From: Vitrella brassicaformis CCMP3155
Taxonomy: Eukaryota; Protista; Chromerida
Length of the DNA stretch: 64,000 nucleotides
Direction: 5' to 3'
Assembly (NCBI GenBank): GCA_001179505.1
Contig: CDMY01000130.1
Span: 120,632 to 184,631, forward strand
Positions within the stretch are counted from its first letter, which is position 1; each line of letters opens with the position of its first letter. Both the position numbers and the translations under genes were made by a program. Below the pieces are notes generated by a model. That model did not search any database. It saw nothing but the letters and a program-made list of their open reading frames with translations, and had not been told where the DNA came from. Shown here one piece after another: positions 24,275-37,935 of the stretch.

Positions 24275-27185
24275 ATGTCCGAGGGATTTGCCGAAGAATT
24301 CTCTCACTTCCACAGGGAGCAGCAGCAAGTCGAGGAAAAAGTGAGTGCGTTTATCTACCCGTCTCCCTGTCTGTGGCTGCCCATGGCTGGCTGTTTGTGT
24401 GTGGAGGCCTACAGGTAGCCGCATTGCTGCATCGGTTGCACACTAATGCGGGCGTATACGAGACAAGACAGAGCAGCATCAGGTTGGCGAGCGAAGAGAG
24501 ATGGCTATAAATTGGTGTGCTGCGCAGTGCATGTTCAAATGTCTGTCTGTAGATCTTCCCGCAGGGCCCCCCGCGCCCCGCCAATGCCGAGAGAAAACCA
24601 ATACAAAGAGGTGAAAAAGAAGCGTGCTTCAGTGGAAGCGAAGAACCATGTGCCTGTGCTGCATATGCAGGCCCCGCTGCCCGATGTGTCGGCGTCTGAT
24701 GGTGACTCTGACGCATTTGAGGCGAGGAGGGGAGAGCAGCGGGTGTTACCGGCGAGACGGATACAGAAGACAAGAAATAAGGAAAGGTGGGTGGAAGCCT
24801 GTGGCAGGCAGGGAGGGTGTGCATACATGAAATGCAATTTTGCGCGGTCGGTCAGGAAGCATCCGAGAGAGCACAGGAGTGATGACTCTCCCCCCATCTT
24901 TGTCCCACGGGCAGATCCCGACGTACGTCTGCGGACATAGGAAACATTCGTTCAGTCGCAAAGAAATGTGCTTCAGGCGTCGATGAGCGACTTCCTCTTA
25001 TCATCCTCACCCCATGCGTTGCCAGAGAGCAAATGTACACCACGAGAAGCGCTTGTTTGATTGTGTACGTTACACAAATGTGCAGGGCCAGGGGCTGGGC
25101 CAGGGGAAGAGCATGATACGTCGCCCTCACCACAAGTACGCAAATCCATCCGAGACAGCCTGCGTATGCTCTCGCATACATAAACGTGCATGATGCTGTG
25201 TACAGGTCTGCGTTGCTCAGCATTTCGATATATCGACTGATATAGATGAGGAGCAGAGCGGACGAATCAGGCACAAGCGGGCGCAGGATGCGGGAAACGA
25301 TCCGCACGACGAGTGGGCGGGCTGGTCGGACCCTTTCTTCACAGAAGACGCCGCCATTGCTTCACCGACAGACGCGAAGTACACCATGTGTGTGGATGCA
25401 GTTTGTAAGACTTACGCGCACGTGCACTGACCTCCCAGGTGTGTGACTGAGATTGCGACACAGACTGAGAGAGAGATTGCGATGCAGACGACATCGGCTT
25501 GGATCAGGTGGCTATGCACATGGCACATGGAGACAGGTATACATTTGAGCGTGCGCGTATCGTGCAGGGAGGACAAGCAATGTGAGAGGGACCGCGTTGT
25601 GTATGATGGCTGGCTGGTGGTGGCCTCACAGGAGGGCAGGTGACAACCACACAGAGACAGGCATCCATGTGTGATCATTCGTTTTCATTCATTCATTCCA
25701 CTCTGTGGATGCTTGTGTGCATGCAGACTGTTTTATCACAATTCGCAGAAGGGCGCCTCGCAATGGACACAGCCAGAAGAGATGAAAAGAGTGGTACGGG
25801 CATTCAGCTCAGTAGACGCGTACGCACACACATGCATGCGTACGTACATACATACATACATAGATACATACGTACGGGCACACATACAGATGAATGTGTG
25901 TCTCTTTGCGTACACATCTAAATGCGTAAACGTATGCATTCTCAGATGGGCGAATGGGTGCCGGTAATGGGGGAAGGAGGCGAGAGATTCTTCCACAACG
26001 CGACACTGGGTACGTCCACACATACAGACACTTGTATACACGCAACACCAGATGTCTCACTCTTGGTGTATGCACAAACAGGCGTGTCTTTGTGGAAGGA
26101 TCCGACGCATACTACAAACATTTTCCAGGCGGCACTCGACGGCAACACACTTTTCCTGCAGCTATACAGCGAGGTAGGCACGCATACTCGCATGATCCTA
26201 TGGATACGTTCTCCATATGTGTCTCGTGCGTCTCCTAGGTTGGCGGCGATCTCAGTGTGTGTGATCCGCGCAGCCGCACGGCTTTGCACTACGCGTGTGC
26301 TGGGGGAGCATTCACTGCTGGTGAGCCGTGGCTGATGTGTGTAACAAATAGAGACATGCTCCGCATGTATGTGTGTTTGCAGTCTTGTTTCTGCTGGACC
26401 GTCGCGTGAGCATCGAGACACGAGACGAGGAGGGAGCCACGCCCATTTTCTATGCATGCAGGTGCGCACAGATTAGCATTGCCCGTACAAGTGAGGCAAT
26501 TACATGCTTCACGACCCACGTGCGTGACAGATACGGCTACGCGCAAATAACGCGCCTCTTGCTGGACTGGGTAAGCAGAGAAAAGGGAGAGGCACACAGT
26601 GATGGAGGAACGATTCACGCATGTGTGGTGTCTGAGGTGTGTTGTCAGGGAGTGCGAGTTGACGTGACCAACGTGTATGGGCAGACCGCTCTGCACGAGG
26701 CCGCACAGTGGGGACAGATCGACTGCATCAGGCTGCTGCTGCTACATGGTGCACAGAAAGAGAGACAGTGGATGCACACGGGAATACACTTAGGTTTCTT
26801 CATTTGCTTGTTTGTGTGCGTGTGTCAGGTTCGCCGCCCTCCCTGCTGGTGTGTGATGCGAATGGGCACCGACCGGCAGATGTCGCTAAGATTAACAAAA
26901 GAGAGCAGACAGCGCTGGTCGGTCGCTTCTGACGTGAGAGCGTACGCATCCTTCATGCTCACTCTGCTTGTGTTTGTGTTTGTGCAGCTGTTGATGTCCT
27001 TTGAGGACTCTCTCGCCATTGCAAATGACTCTTACGCAGCACGTACCTACAAAGCACACTCAAAAGAAATGTTTCGCGCATGGAATGATGCCCGGTGGTG
27101 GTGCAGCGCTTTCGTGGCGTCATCAGTCGAGAGGCGCCGTGACGGAGAGACGGGCGCATGCAGACAGGGAGAGCAGCAGCGGTAG
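24275..27185 (+). CDS. Tandem WW-domain + ankyrin-repeat protein
   Basis: Spliced exons give DGWLVVASQEGR|LFYHNSQKGASQWTQP and GEWVPVMGEGGERFFHNATLG|VSLWKDP (two WW domains). Ankyrin repeats follow: IFQAALDGN, RTALHYAC, GATPIFYACRYG, GQTALHEAAQWG, GHRPADVA. The start at 24275 is tentative. Confidence 0.8.
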
Positions 27186-27569
27186 CAGCGGTGGCGGGCT
27201 GATGGACACTATACGGGTAACGGTGGATGCGATCAGATGTCGACTCGTGTCTGCATGTTTGCGTGCATATATATGTGTATGCAGGGCGTTGCCTCCTCGG
27301 TGTTGGGTCTGTTCTCAACTCCCAGGCGCACATCTTCCATTGGCTCAAATGACACACAGGGGGTCTGACTAACGGGCAGTCCGTGTCCATGTATGTACAC
27401 GACTGTTTTCTCTCTCGCGTCCGTCTGGGCTGCTGTGTAAGGATCGCACTGAGTGGGATGTGGATGAATTCACACATAAACGTACACGACGGAAAAAACT
27501 CGTATACACAACAAAGGAGAGCAAGGACCAAAAATACACGACACAAACGGTCACGGCTACAGCTTGTCC

Positions 27570-29229
27570 TTATTTGTTCGTGAAAGACATGATTGCCATG
27601 GCGATGGCGGCCCCTATTGCCGTGTTGAGCAAATTGACCATCTCATTGTTTAGCCAGGGAACCTATATAATTATGAGTGAACGAATGAAAACACACGGAC
27701 GCTGCCTTCAAGCGGATGAAGTGAGGGTATTTTGTGTCCGCACCTTGTCTTGTGCTGTCGCCCCGATGATGCTTTCCACGTAGTTAGCAAGGAAAGCAGC
27801 CAGCATACACACAGGGATGGCCTACACGACAGACACGCAGAGAGGCATCCATGCACGTGCACACGAACACATGCATACGCTGCACACACATTACCTTGAC
27901 AGTGATGAGCCCAGCAGCAGCACCGAAAGCAGCTTGCACGAAGGAGCCGAATATGCCGGCCAGAGTGCCTTCCAGGCTCACCTGAAGCAGACGTGGATCC
28001 GTTCATGCATGCGCTACACATCGATGTGCCTGCATCTCTACATACCGCTCCTTCTGTGCCGGGCGGCACGGACGTGAAGGTTGTGGCGAGATAGGTATTG
28101 CGGCCGAAGCCTTTGCCTATCTCCTGCATGCAGAGCAACACAACCAGACAGCAGAGCATGCATACAGGTTCGTCAGGAATGCGTGTATGCCGGAACGCAC
28201 CGAGGCACACGTATCGGAGAGCTTGGTTGCAAAGGAAGCGACTACCCTGCGTACATTCGCACATACATTCACGCATACGCGATTTGGAGTGCATGTATAC
28301 GGTCTGCTGTTCTCACCCGAGCTTAAGCAGGTCGATTATCGCCTGGTCGCCTTGCAGGGGGATGGTCAGAGTGGCCAGAAAGGCCGCCGTCGCTGCTGAA
28401 CCCCACACCTGAACGAACATACCAACCAAATGCGTATTGCAGACAGAGCCATCTATAGTGCGCGCCGCGTACGTACCTGCGCAGGTTCCCTCGCTCCACC
28501 TCTCTTCTCTGCAATTCCCATCTTCTCCTTCTCGCGCTTCCTGGACATAAACCCAATAGCAAAGACATACGTGTATACACGAACGCGTCGGAAGCCTCGT
28601 GGCGTACACACTTGAGTTTGGTCGCTGCGCTGCCGCCCACAAGATACAGGACACCGCTGCACCATCCCTGCCATCCTGTTCAGAAGGGAGGGACGCAAAG
28701 AAGCATCATTGCGTGTCCCTCCACATGTGCGTACTGACGCCTAAAACGCACCAAGTGTTGACCACAGGCAGACGCCCAGCAGATAGGCATTGAACAGACC
28801 TGCAAGCAATTCACTCATCCACAGTGTCATCAGTGGCAGATGAAGAATGGACTGATCGTGCTTCTGATGGTGTCTGTTTGGTGCGTACCAGCACTAGTGA
28901 GCACGTCCTGTTTGATGGCCGCCAACACCCCTGCCAGTCCGCTGTTGACGCCCAGTGAAGTCACAACCTGGGGCGGAATCATCGCTCGGGGACGGCTGCA
29001 CGAACAAATGAAGAGAGAGGATACACAAGCACACAGAGGAAGATCTTTGCATGTGGAAGTGCATGTGGAAGTGTAGATCTCTGCATAAGTGAGTCAACAT
29101 CCCTCACGTGTGCGTCTGTTGAAGCCGTGGCGGCTTCGTGCTTTCTCGCCAATGTGGATGGGTCTTCATTAGCGAGAAACATGATGCTGTCAAAGGCAGA
29201 AAGAGCAGCAGGCAAGCCCTACTTCGCAT
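27570..29229 (-). CDS. VTE6: DUF92/TMEM19-family membrane protein, VTE6-like phytyl-phosphate kinase
   Basis: Exons encode LTSAG, YLLGVCLWSTLGWQGW, GSAATKLK, GIAEKRGGAREPAQVWGSA, VASFATKLSDTCASEIGKGFGRNTYLATTFTSVPPGTEGAVSLEGTLAG and EMVNLLNTAIGA, closely matching the plant/cyanobacterial VTE6 pattern. Start (putative plastid presequence) uncertain. Confidence 0.85.
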
Positions 29230-29852
29230 TAGTGGCAAAACGGGTAAGGGCGGGGAGCGAAACGCATCTTTTTCCCTTTTTTTCCAACGGAAGGACGAAC
29301 AAAATGGGTGCTTGGATCAGCTTGCCGCCTTGCTGTTGTGTTTATTTTTGCATTTTTGCGACGAAAGTCGCCACTGTGAAGCTGTGTGTGGTACGTATGG
29401 CGTGTATTTTTCTGTGCGAACATATGTGATGAATGAAAAAGAGATGAAAATATGTGCAGGTGATTGTGCGACCCACCTAAACTCAATCCGTCCCCTTGCC
29501 ATTTCCTGTACGCCGCCGACATTCATTCATTCATTCATTCAGCACACGCACATGTATTATGTCTCAGACTGATCAAGGCAGCATACATAACACAGGCCCG
29601 CCATAAGCACAACCCTACCAGCACTGTGCACCACAACACACGGAGACTACTCTACAAGGCAAATGCAGTCACGAATTGTGGCGGCCTTCCTTCAAGTTCT
29701 CTTTGAAGCCATTCGCATGCAATGCATGCCCCCAGCCGACAGACACATGGATCCACGCACCGGCTCATTGCCTTGTCCTTCCAACCATGAACATCAGCAC
29801 TGGACAATGAATGCCTCTTCATTCACCACAGCACAGCGAGCCGTCCATCTAT

Positions 29853-30888
29853 TTATTGGCCTGAAGAGACCGGATTGCTCAGCAGCGCGGCGTACTCCCA
29901 GAGTTTGTACACCCCCGGCAGGACTTGTATGAACACTCGCTGCAGCTGGATCGGCCTCTTCTCCTCGTCGACACCAACGATTCTCGCCTCGTCGATCACG
30001 CCCTTGAGTATCGGCGGGTTGTCAAATGGATACTTCTGCAGACATACAGGGCAGAGCGTCTTGTTTGCATCTGTTCGCGCGTGTTGTGTCATTCGTGTCA
30101 TTTGACGCACTTGTCTGCCCCAAGGGGAGACTTCGTCTGGGCAGTCCTGTTGAGAGATGCTGTAGTCGAAGAGGTACACAGGCTTGTCGTCCAGCCGCTG
30201 CGCTTTGTCTGGCAGCAGGCCGACAGTCGCCTTAGCGGTGAACCAAGTGAACTGACTCTTCAAGATCTGCAAAGGACCCACATGCAGACAGACAAAGACG
30301 GCGGCAGCAAGAGCATCATACGAACACATGATCAGAGCAACTTAATTACGTTTGCCCCATCGAGAGGGTTGAGCAGGATGAAGTAGAAGAAGAGGTCTTT
30401 CCCCTTGCAGTTTGTTTTCTGCATGAAGGAGCCCTCCCAGACGAGGCCAAACAGCTGGGCATAAAGCGAGGACAGCGGCTCGATCAAATTGGCTGCGACG
30501 ACCTCCCCATAAGTGGGACCCTGCAGGCCATGTGATGTGTGCAGGACACAACAAAACGCACGCACAAGAGATGACAGACGCAGAGCGAACGAATTCGTCT
30601 TCCTTCGGCATGAGCATTCGCACCATTATTGGCTCGTCCTCAACACACCCTGTGTCAGTCAGCAGACACACAAGCGTGACTCACTGCATCTGTCTTGGCC
30701 GTGAGCTGAATCCCATGCATTTTCTGCTTGCCTCTGATGAAGATGCTGTCCAGGTCGGCCTGCTTTCTCTTCCGCAGGTCTTTGATGTCGTTGACGGGCC
30801 ATTCGTCAGGGTCTCTATCGAGACAACCGCCGCTCACCAGGCAAACAGCAGACAGCAGGGGCACCAGCAGAAGCCTCGCACCGATCAT
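29853..30888 (-). CDS. Uncharacterised secreted protein
   Basis: Signal peptide MIGARLLLVPLLSAVCLVSGG. Exons include VWEGSFMQKT, FYFILLNPLDG, FTAKATVG..LDDKPVYLFDYS and KGVIDEARIVG..QVLPGVY. Stop at 29853-29855 overlaps an AATAAA on the minus strand. Confidence 0.7.
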
Positions 30889-32020
30889 CTTGTCATGCGG
30901 GCTGCCTGGTTGGCAGCAGTTTGTTGCTCCCGAGTCAGGGATCCCGTACACTGTCTGTAAATTCGCAGGACTTTCTCTCACGAGACTTTTTCTGCTACAG
31001 TAATTTCTAATTCTAGCTCTTTGGTCGGATTGTCCTCCCGCGGCGACCACTTCTCACCGTTTTCCCCTCGTGCGCTGGGCGTCAGGCGAGCGCCCCAGTC
31101 GGCACGAGGCGGCGACTCGGTACGTCTTCAACCACAGGTACAACAGGAGTGAAGGTCTTCCTCGTCTCCTCGTCTCGTCGCCACCTCTGTTTTTGCCGCA
31201 GACGACGAGGATGGAAATGATGTGTCTTCGCCTGGAGGGTCTGCTGGCCGTTGCTCATTAATTTCAAGCTGGTATGCGGCGCAATCACTCGCGAAACACA
31301 AACATCGGGAAAGATGCCGTGCTCCGTACATACATATGCTGGCATGTGCCTTTGGTGTGTGGGTGGATGGATGCAGCTGGAAGTCGACTATTCCCAAAAT
31401 CGGTCACCGGCACGCAGGCGTTTGTGTCCTTCGCCTTCTAGAGAACCGTGCGCGACATGACCCCTCCCCACCGTCCTCACCAAGACCCCGCACCCCCACC
31501 CGCCCCCTCGATTCGCTGACCACTCGACAGCTGGCGAGGGCGATCGAGGAGAGCGACCTCAAAGGGCTGCGGGGGGTTGGCCGTGTCATGGAGAAGGTAC
31601 GTAAGTACGTATACAATTATGTGTGTGTACGGAGTACTACGGACGGGGTGGGTGAATGGGTTGGTACTGAGTGAGCGCTTGTCGTTTGTGTGTGTTCACT
31701 GGCCGCGTCTTGGAGGAGCACTATACCAGATCCTGCCCCGAACAGATCCAGGTAGTATGTATGCTGTACGCACGCATCCAGACACACAAACATCAAACAC
31801 CTCCCTGTCTGTCTGTCAGTCTGTCTGTCTGTCCTACATGTACATGCAGGACCAGATGGGTATCCGGCTGGGTCTGGGGTGGGGGTGGGGCAAACACAGT
31901 CTGGGTGCCTGGCTGGCTGGGTGGCTGATGGACAAGTGTGGAGTGGATGGACGGTTGGTTACAGGGTGAGAGACTGATAGTTACGTAGAGGGAAGGAAGG
32001 GGAAAGAGAGAGATATTTGA

Positions 32021-32080
32021 ATAGGGGGGGTAGAGGGGGGTGGGGGGAGGGAGGGAGGGAGGGACGGAGGGAGGGAGGGA
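32021..32080 (+). repeat. G-rich (GGGA)n/poly-G tract, G-quadruplex-capable
   Basis: ataggggggg tagagggggg tggggggagg gagggaggga gggacggagg gagggaggga contains many runs of three or more G. Confidence 0.8.
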
Positions 32081-32332
32081 ATGACCTCAGCAACTTATTC
32101 GAAACTCATGCGACAGAGTCCATGCAGAGACATAGATGAAAACCGCTTTTCTCAGTCAGCCCTCGACAGGCAGGCCTTCATCACATCAAGCTCCCCTACT
32201 CACGACACACACACGGTGGTGTCCCGCATCATGACTGAATCGTGTGGATGACTGAATCCAGGCCATAATGGATTGTCTACTGTCGAAATCCTTTGCCATG
32301 CATTCCCTCAGAGTCTGTCTCTGCTTAGTTCT

Positions 32333-33900
32333 TCATTCCGGCTCTTCGAGATTCTCCAGCTTCTGCAGGTCCTCGTCGGTCAGTGGGTGTCCCATCCCGC
32401 TGGCAAGGTCATCCTCCAGCCCATCCGCCCAGTGCTCAATTGTCTCGTTTTTCTCCTTGCCGCCCAGCAACCAGGCCACGAAGTCCATGTGATGGGATGT
32501 GAAGTCCTGCAGTCCACCCTTTCCAGCCGTCCCCTTCTCTTGCACGAAGGCCTTCCACACGTCACGCGGGCAGATGATGGGTATTTTGGTTTGGTGGAGT
32601 GAGTCTCGGGGGACCATTGTGGCCAGATAAAGGGAGGTCGCCAGGTCGGTGTAGAACGTCGAGCCCTCCACGAGCACTGCATACAACGAAACACATCCAC
32701 CGAGCGTGTGTGCACCATACATACGTGCACTTGTCTCTCAGACTCCCTGTCTGCCTGTTTGCTCACTGTCATTGCGGTTGCAGCTCTCCCTGAATCCCGA
32801 GAGGAGTGCCGAGATGGCGAACTTCATTGCTGTTGGGGGGGGCGGCTGTGTGTGTGTTGTAGGTGGCACCACAGCCGCCCCCTGTGATGGAAAGATGGAA
32901 GACGTCTCGAGCCAGCCTTTGACGAAGGGCCTGAGGTCTCTGTATCGAGACACCGTATTCAGCGACACCGTCAGGGATGGCTCTGAGGGCAGCAGCATCT
33001 GGTGGATGGTGGCCGCGAGCTCGGCAGCCATGAGGGTGCCTTCGGCGTCTTGTTGGTTTTCGGTGATTTTGTCGACCTCTGTCTTCCAAAGGCCACCATG
33101 GATGTCCAAAAGCTTTCTTCGCATAATGGCCTGCAGCCAGCCAGCAGACATCGATCACACAATGGAACGGACAGTAGAGGGTGGAATTGCAGCACGTGTG
33201 TGTTTTCGCGTACGTAAAGCCTTCCTTTGTGCTCTGCAACAGCCGCCACGCAATCACACAACAGAGACACAACCCGAGGGACGAAAGGAGGAGATAGATA
33301 AAGGCGGGTAGACTATTTGTGCGTGCATTCAGCCCATCCATTAATGTCAATCCATCCACTACCTTTCTTCATGAGAAAGAGCTGTTCGTGCTCGTCTCTA
33401 AGATGTTTTGCGAGCCCCTTCCGACCGAGCACCGGAAAGTCTTCCTTCGAAACCAACCTGCCTCGCGGCAGGGAGGGATTCTTTATCACGTCCTTTATTC
33501 CCGCGGCGTCCTCGGCCTTCTTCACCAAGTCTTTCTTGGCTTCGGATATTTTGTCCAACCTCCTGCCCATTCGAGTGGCCGTGTCGAATTTCCCACGGCT
33601 CGCCTTCTGGGCGGCGGGGAAGAGTTTCAGTAACTTGTGCGCCTATACATACACAGGCCAATACACCAAAGACATGGCAGTTTTTCAAGAGGAATATCTG
33701 CAGGCCGCTTGAGTACCTGGTGAACCATCTCGACACTGAGCTCACTCACTGGCTGTCGGAGATGGAGACGTGCGTGAGTCGCACCTGTCAGTCATTGCAG
33801 AATCAATTGCCATCCAGCAGTGTACTACACGCACGTCCATACTGGCGTGACGTCAGCGATCGCACCTGTTGCACCGTCGTGCTGCAGCGCCGTGGTGGGC
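32333..33900 (-). CDS. Uncharacterised multi-exon protein
   Basis: Protein-like minus-strand exons RLDKISEAKKDLVKKAEDAAG.., LQAIMRRKLLDIHGGLWKTEVDK.. and VLVEGSTFYTDLATSLYL..LENLEEPE*, bounded by GT-AG. 5' end unresolved. Confidence 0.55.
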
Positions 33901-35187
33901 ATCCTCCCTGACGCCGCGCATTGCAAAGCGGCGATTAGGGCGGAAGTGATGACACAGAAGGCCCCAAAGTGCATGGTCGATGACGCCAAGAAGCAAAGAG
34001 CAACAGTCAAGACTCGCTCCTTCCTTGCCAAGAACTTCAGAATGTCGGGTTCGTCAGAAACCTCAAAACAGTTCCAAAAATTGCCTCATGATTCGTGGTG
34101 GATCAGTGCAGAGTGGTATGCGCTTTCCTCTGCGCAGCCCCCGGCGGCTCCTCCGTTTAGGGCGACCTCCCTCCTTAAACCTTTCTCTTCTGGCCGACCA
34201 GCCCCATACCCCCCGATTCCGAGGCGCGCCGCGCGTGTCTATCTGGATTTGTAATGCTTGATCCCCCTGGGCCATTTATATCGCCTGAAACAATCCAGAT
34301 AATATATATATATATATATATGTTTTCATCAAATCCCCGGCTTGTCAATCGTCCGAGGTTTCTCCCGGCGTTTGAGGAAGAAGCTTACATAGAGTCGCGT
34401 GCTCCTTGTCAGGAAGAACTCATCCTGACTTTTTAAGGTGCCAAAAAATCCATTCAGAGAAATTCATTCCCCTGCCGTTGCCTCCAACCGTCGGTCCTGG
34501 AGCGGCGGGACATTTCTCCCGATCTAGAGTTGTGAAGCCAAAACAAACTACACCACGTCATCATGCACCCTCTGAAGGTGGATTCCATACCGCTTGTCGC
34601 AGCTGCAAAATTGTCTCGACAAACGAGGTCGTGTCTTTGTAACCAGCCGTGGCCAGGGTGCGCGTCTGTGAACCCGGCTACTGAGCCTTCCGAGAGATTA
34701 ACGAAAGATCGGTGCTGTCCTTGCGCTCGTCCCGCAACAGCAGCGAGCGTGAAAAGCGGCAAAAGCCTTTATGACCTCCATGAAACCAGCCAGTGGCCAC
34801 GTTGGTCAGTGCGTTTTTCTCTGCATTTTGGTCCTCCCCCTTCTCATCAAAGCATCTCTGCACCTTCCCTAATGGCTCAGGGTTGCAGCTGTTTCAAGGC
34901 GAGAACCTCCCGAAGTTGTCCCGAAACAGTGTCCTGAAGACAACAGCAGGGAGAGAAAGACCCCATCAATGTATGTCTTTCGATTTGGCTTTCTATCTCA
35001 GTGGCAGGGCCTTTGAAAGGAATGAACGAATCAATCGTCGAATGGCACTGTGACTCGTACGCGATGCGACGGATAGGGAGATATATGAACGGTGGACACG
35101 ATGATACATCGGACGTATTCGCATGGCCTCATGTGCGACATTATGATATGCAAGAATCAGCATAGTGGCGCCTCACAGGGTGCTCGC

Positions 35188-37673
35188 TCACCAATTGATG
35201 CCAACCCATGCACTCATGAGGCACCTGCACCAGTGGCTACCGCTCTCGCGTTCCCCCCGCACCATCGGCAAATTCCACCATCTCACCAACACGACAAAGA
35301 GCACCGTCTCGAACAGGCATTCGACGAAAACGAGGAAAGCGAGGACGGCAACGCCCTGCAAGAAGCCGCCAACTGCTGACTCACCGTACGCAGACAGACT
35401 CGCGACCAAGACGATTAAGTGTGTTGAGAGCAACGCTGTAACCTCTGTAAGCGACCACACCTTAATTTGGTCCTGAAGACGGATGGAGGAAAGCAAGCAG
35501 ACCGACGGATGTTTAAGAAAGAGATAGCGTCGTCACCAACCGAAAGGGCCCGCAAATAACGTGGCAACACGTCGAGCGATGCCAGAGCAGCCTGCAGATT
35601 AATTGTGCGCCGAGATGGAGCGGCGCTAATATACGCGAGAGCTCTGTCCATTAGACTGCTTTGCCGTCTCAACGGTTGTTGACTGGACTTCATGCTCTCA
35701 TACTCGTGTCTCGATGCGTTCTGGTCCTCGTGAGTGGACAGTTGGTCGATTCTCGTACTTTCGTCAGCCGAGGGGGCATTGATGCTATTGTTGGAGCAAG
35801 GCCGCCTCGCCTTTTGCCTCCTGTCTCTCAGGAATCTTCGAGCGGATATATACAAAAGTATCCCTGCGGTGCACAAGAAACGAAAAAAGGGGAGGATTCA
35901 CGGGAAGGATCGAAGGTGTTCATCTGTGAACAGCTCACATACAGAATGGCATAGACAAATCACTCAACAGGTCCATGCTGTCAAAAGGAAAGTAGGCAGC
36001 CAGCCGATTGTGTGGCGGAGAAACAAGAAGAGAGCGTTTCATCCTCTGTGGCCGGGCCGCTTACAGTGAGATCAACACGGACCAAACGAGCTTTGCTGAT
36101 ATGCTCTCCATCTTGGCCTGTAACAATCGAGGGAAGATTCTCGGGACAGTTTCAACTGACATTCATGGGCTTCAAATCAGATCCTTCGGAGCACAACGCA
36201 CCTGTAGCAATCTTGGAAGAATTACGAAGACGAACGCAATTGGAATAGGCAGATGAGCGCTGAGAGAAAAAGACAACAAGCATTCTGAACGCGCGCCCAC
36301 ACGCGTCTGGGGAGGCCGATTATGTGACTGTGAGCGAAGATTACTTGAGAGTTGGTGGGCCGTCCTGCAGATGAGTGACAATCGATTCAGAGCTCTTCAG
36401 TGGTATCTTGCCTTCATCGATCGGGCGAGTTTGTTGATCAACGACACCAATGGCCAGAGGATGGCAACCAAAGTGAGCGCCAGCTGGGTCTTTGCCTCGT
36501 CTGTCGGCGCCGGCACTCTGCAAACGGGTCCGGATCACAGAAGGTCTCTCTCAAGGGTATGGGATCAAACTTGCTTACATGGCGTAAGGGAAGAAAGAGA
36601 CAAGCCCACCCACAGCTAATATGCCTAGCGCACAGACCGTGCCCGCAGAAATTGCGTAGCGCCATTTACGTCTGACCCCCAGCGACTCAGCAGCAGCGCG
36701 GAAGTGTGCGTACGGCCACAGAATCACAGTAATCAGTTCCAGGGCAATAAGCACTTTCTGCAACAGTGGGATGTCCCACTTAGCATGATAGCTGACACGA
36801 AGCAAAGTGCTGAAGATTAGTGGAGCAGCTGCCATCCACCAGCACTTCTTAGCCCTGGACATAATGTTGAGTCCATCCGTAAGGTGAAGGAAGAATAAGA
36901 AGAGCGCTAAATATGCAATGACCCGTTTGATGATGTCGAAGGCTGGCCCCATCGTCTTGGACCGGCAGATTCTGCCCAGACCGACCACGTAGAGGACGAA
37001 CACGAAAGCCAGCTTGAGAGCCGTCATTAGCTCTCCGAAGATGACTTTGATGACCCTCCAGATAGTGACCGAAAGGGGCCCAGGGTCGAATTGTGCGCCC
37101 ACGAGGATCGATTTCCTCCTGCCATCGAGTGGCAATCGCCCTGTACGTGAGCGTTGTCTAGTTCTCCTCGTAGGCGGCCGCATAGCCTGCTGCCTTTCGA
37201 AACTCTGCAGCCAGCGCCGCAAGGGCTTGCTCCTCAGGTTGCAAGACACGGCCATCCTCTGCATCATCCTCGTTGCCACCCTCCTTACTCTGGTCATCTG
37301 CCGTGGTCGGCTGTCTTCGTGTTGCGCCTGTGTCGATTGAAGTCAGTGTCTCTCGTGTCACTTCGTCATTCCCCTCAGCCTTCGTCTCGCCGTTGAGGTC
37401 AAGGTGTCGTTGTCCGCTTTGCGGGTGACTAAAGGAGAGGGTGGGCTGCGGTGAGAGAGACAGATGCTCAGATATGGTAAGGCACGGGTCGTCCCCATCC
37501 ACTTGGGGCAGTCTCACGCCCTCCTCAAGAGGGCAGGGCGCAGGGGGGTCCGACATGGACGGATGTGCAGCAGGGGGATCAATCGCAGCCAAATAAATTG
37601 CCTGCCGTGAAGACGGGACACGTAAGAATGCACATGAGGGCAGCCCTTCACTCGTACCGTTGACGTGTCCCAA
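35188..37673 (-). pseudogene. Orphan polytopic membrane protein locus, apparently frame-disrupted
   Basis: Acidic N-terminal ORF 37158-37673 overlaps a multi-TM ORF 36575-37297 in a different frame. Further pieces at 35415-35876 and 35188-35496 (hydrophobic), with stops between. Unrecognised introns could rescue the frame. Confidence 0.4.
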
Positions 37674-37935
37674 GCGTCCTGGGGTTGCAATCTGGCACGA
37701 AAGTTCCAGCAGAAGGAGGCAGCGCCAAGCAGCTTGTTAATGTCGTAGTGGCCACACAGAAGAGATATCCACCCAAAGGGCAGACCGTGTGCGCGCCCCC
37801 ACCGAGCCCCCAAGTCTCGAGACGCCCTTTCCCCCCTTCTCGGTGTTCCGCCGCGGACCGCCTACCAAGCTCCCCGATCCCCCCACTCCCTCTCTCCCCC
37901 CTCTTTCCCCCCGCCCCTCGACCGGAAAGGCGATC

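Noticed and set aside
31440-31860. Short plus-strand exon-like pieces (LTTRQLARAIEESDLKGLRGVGRVMEK|, LEEHYTRSCPEQIQ|)
   Set aside because: Could not be joined into a gene with a start and stop. Possibly a remnant, too weak to call.
34408-34434. GTCAGGA-N8-TCCTGAC hairpin followed by TTTTT, like a rho-independent or Pol III terminator
   Set aside because: A 7-bp stem is expected by chance in 64 kb, the context is eukaryotic, and no upstream A/B-box RNA gene was found.
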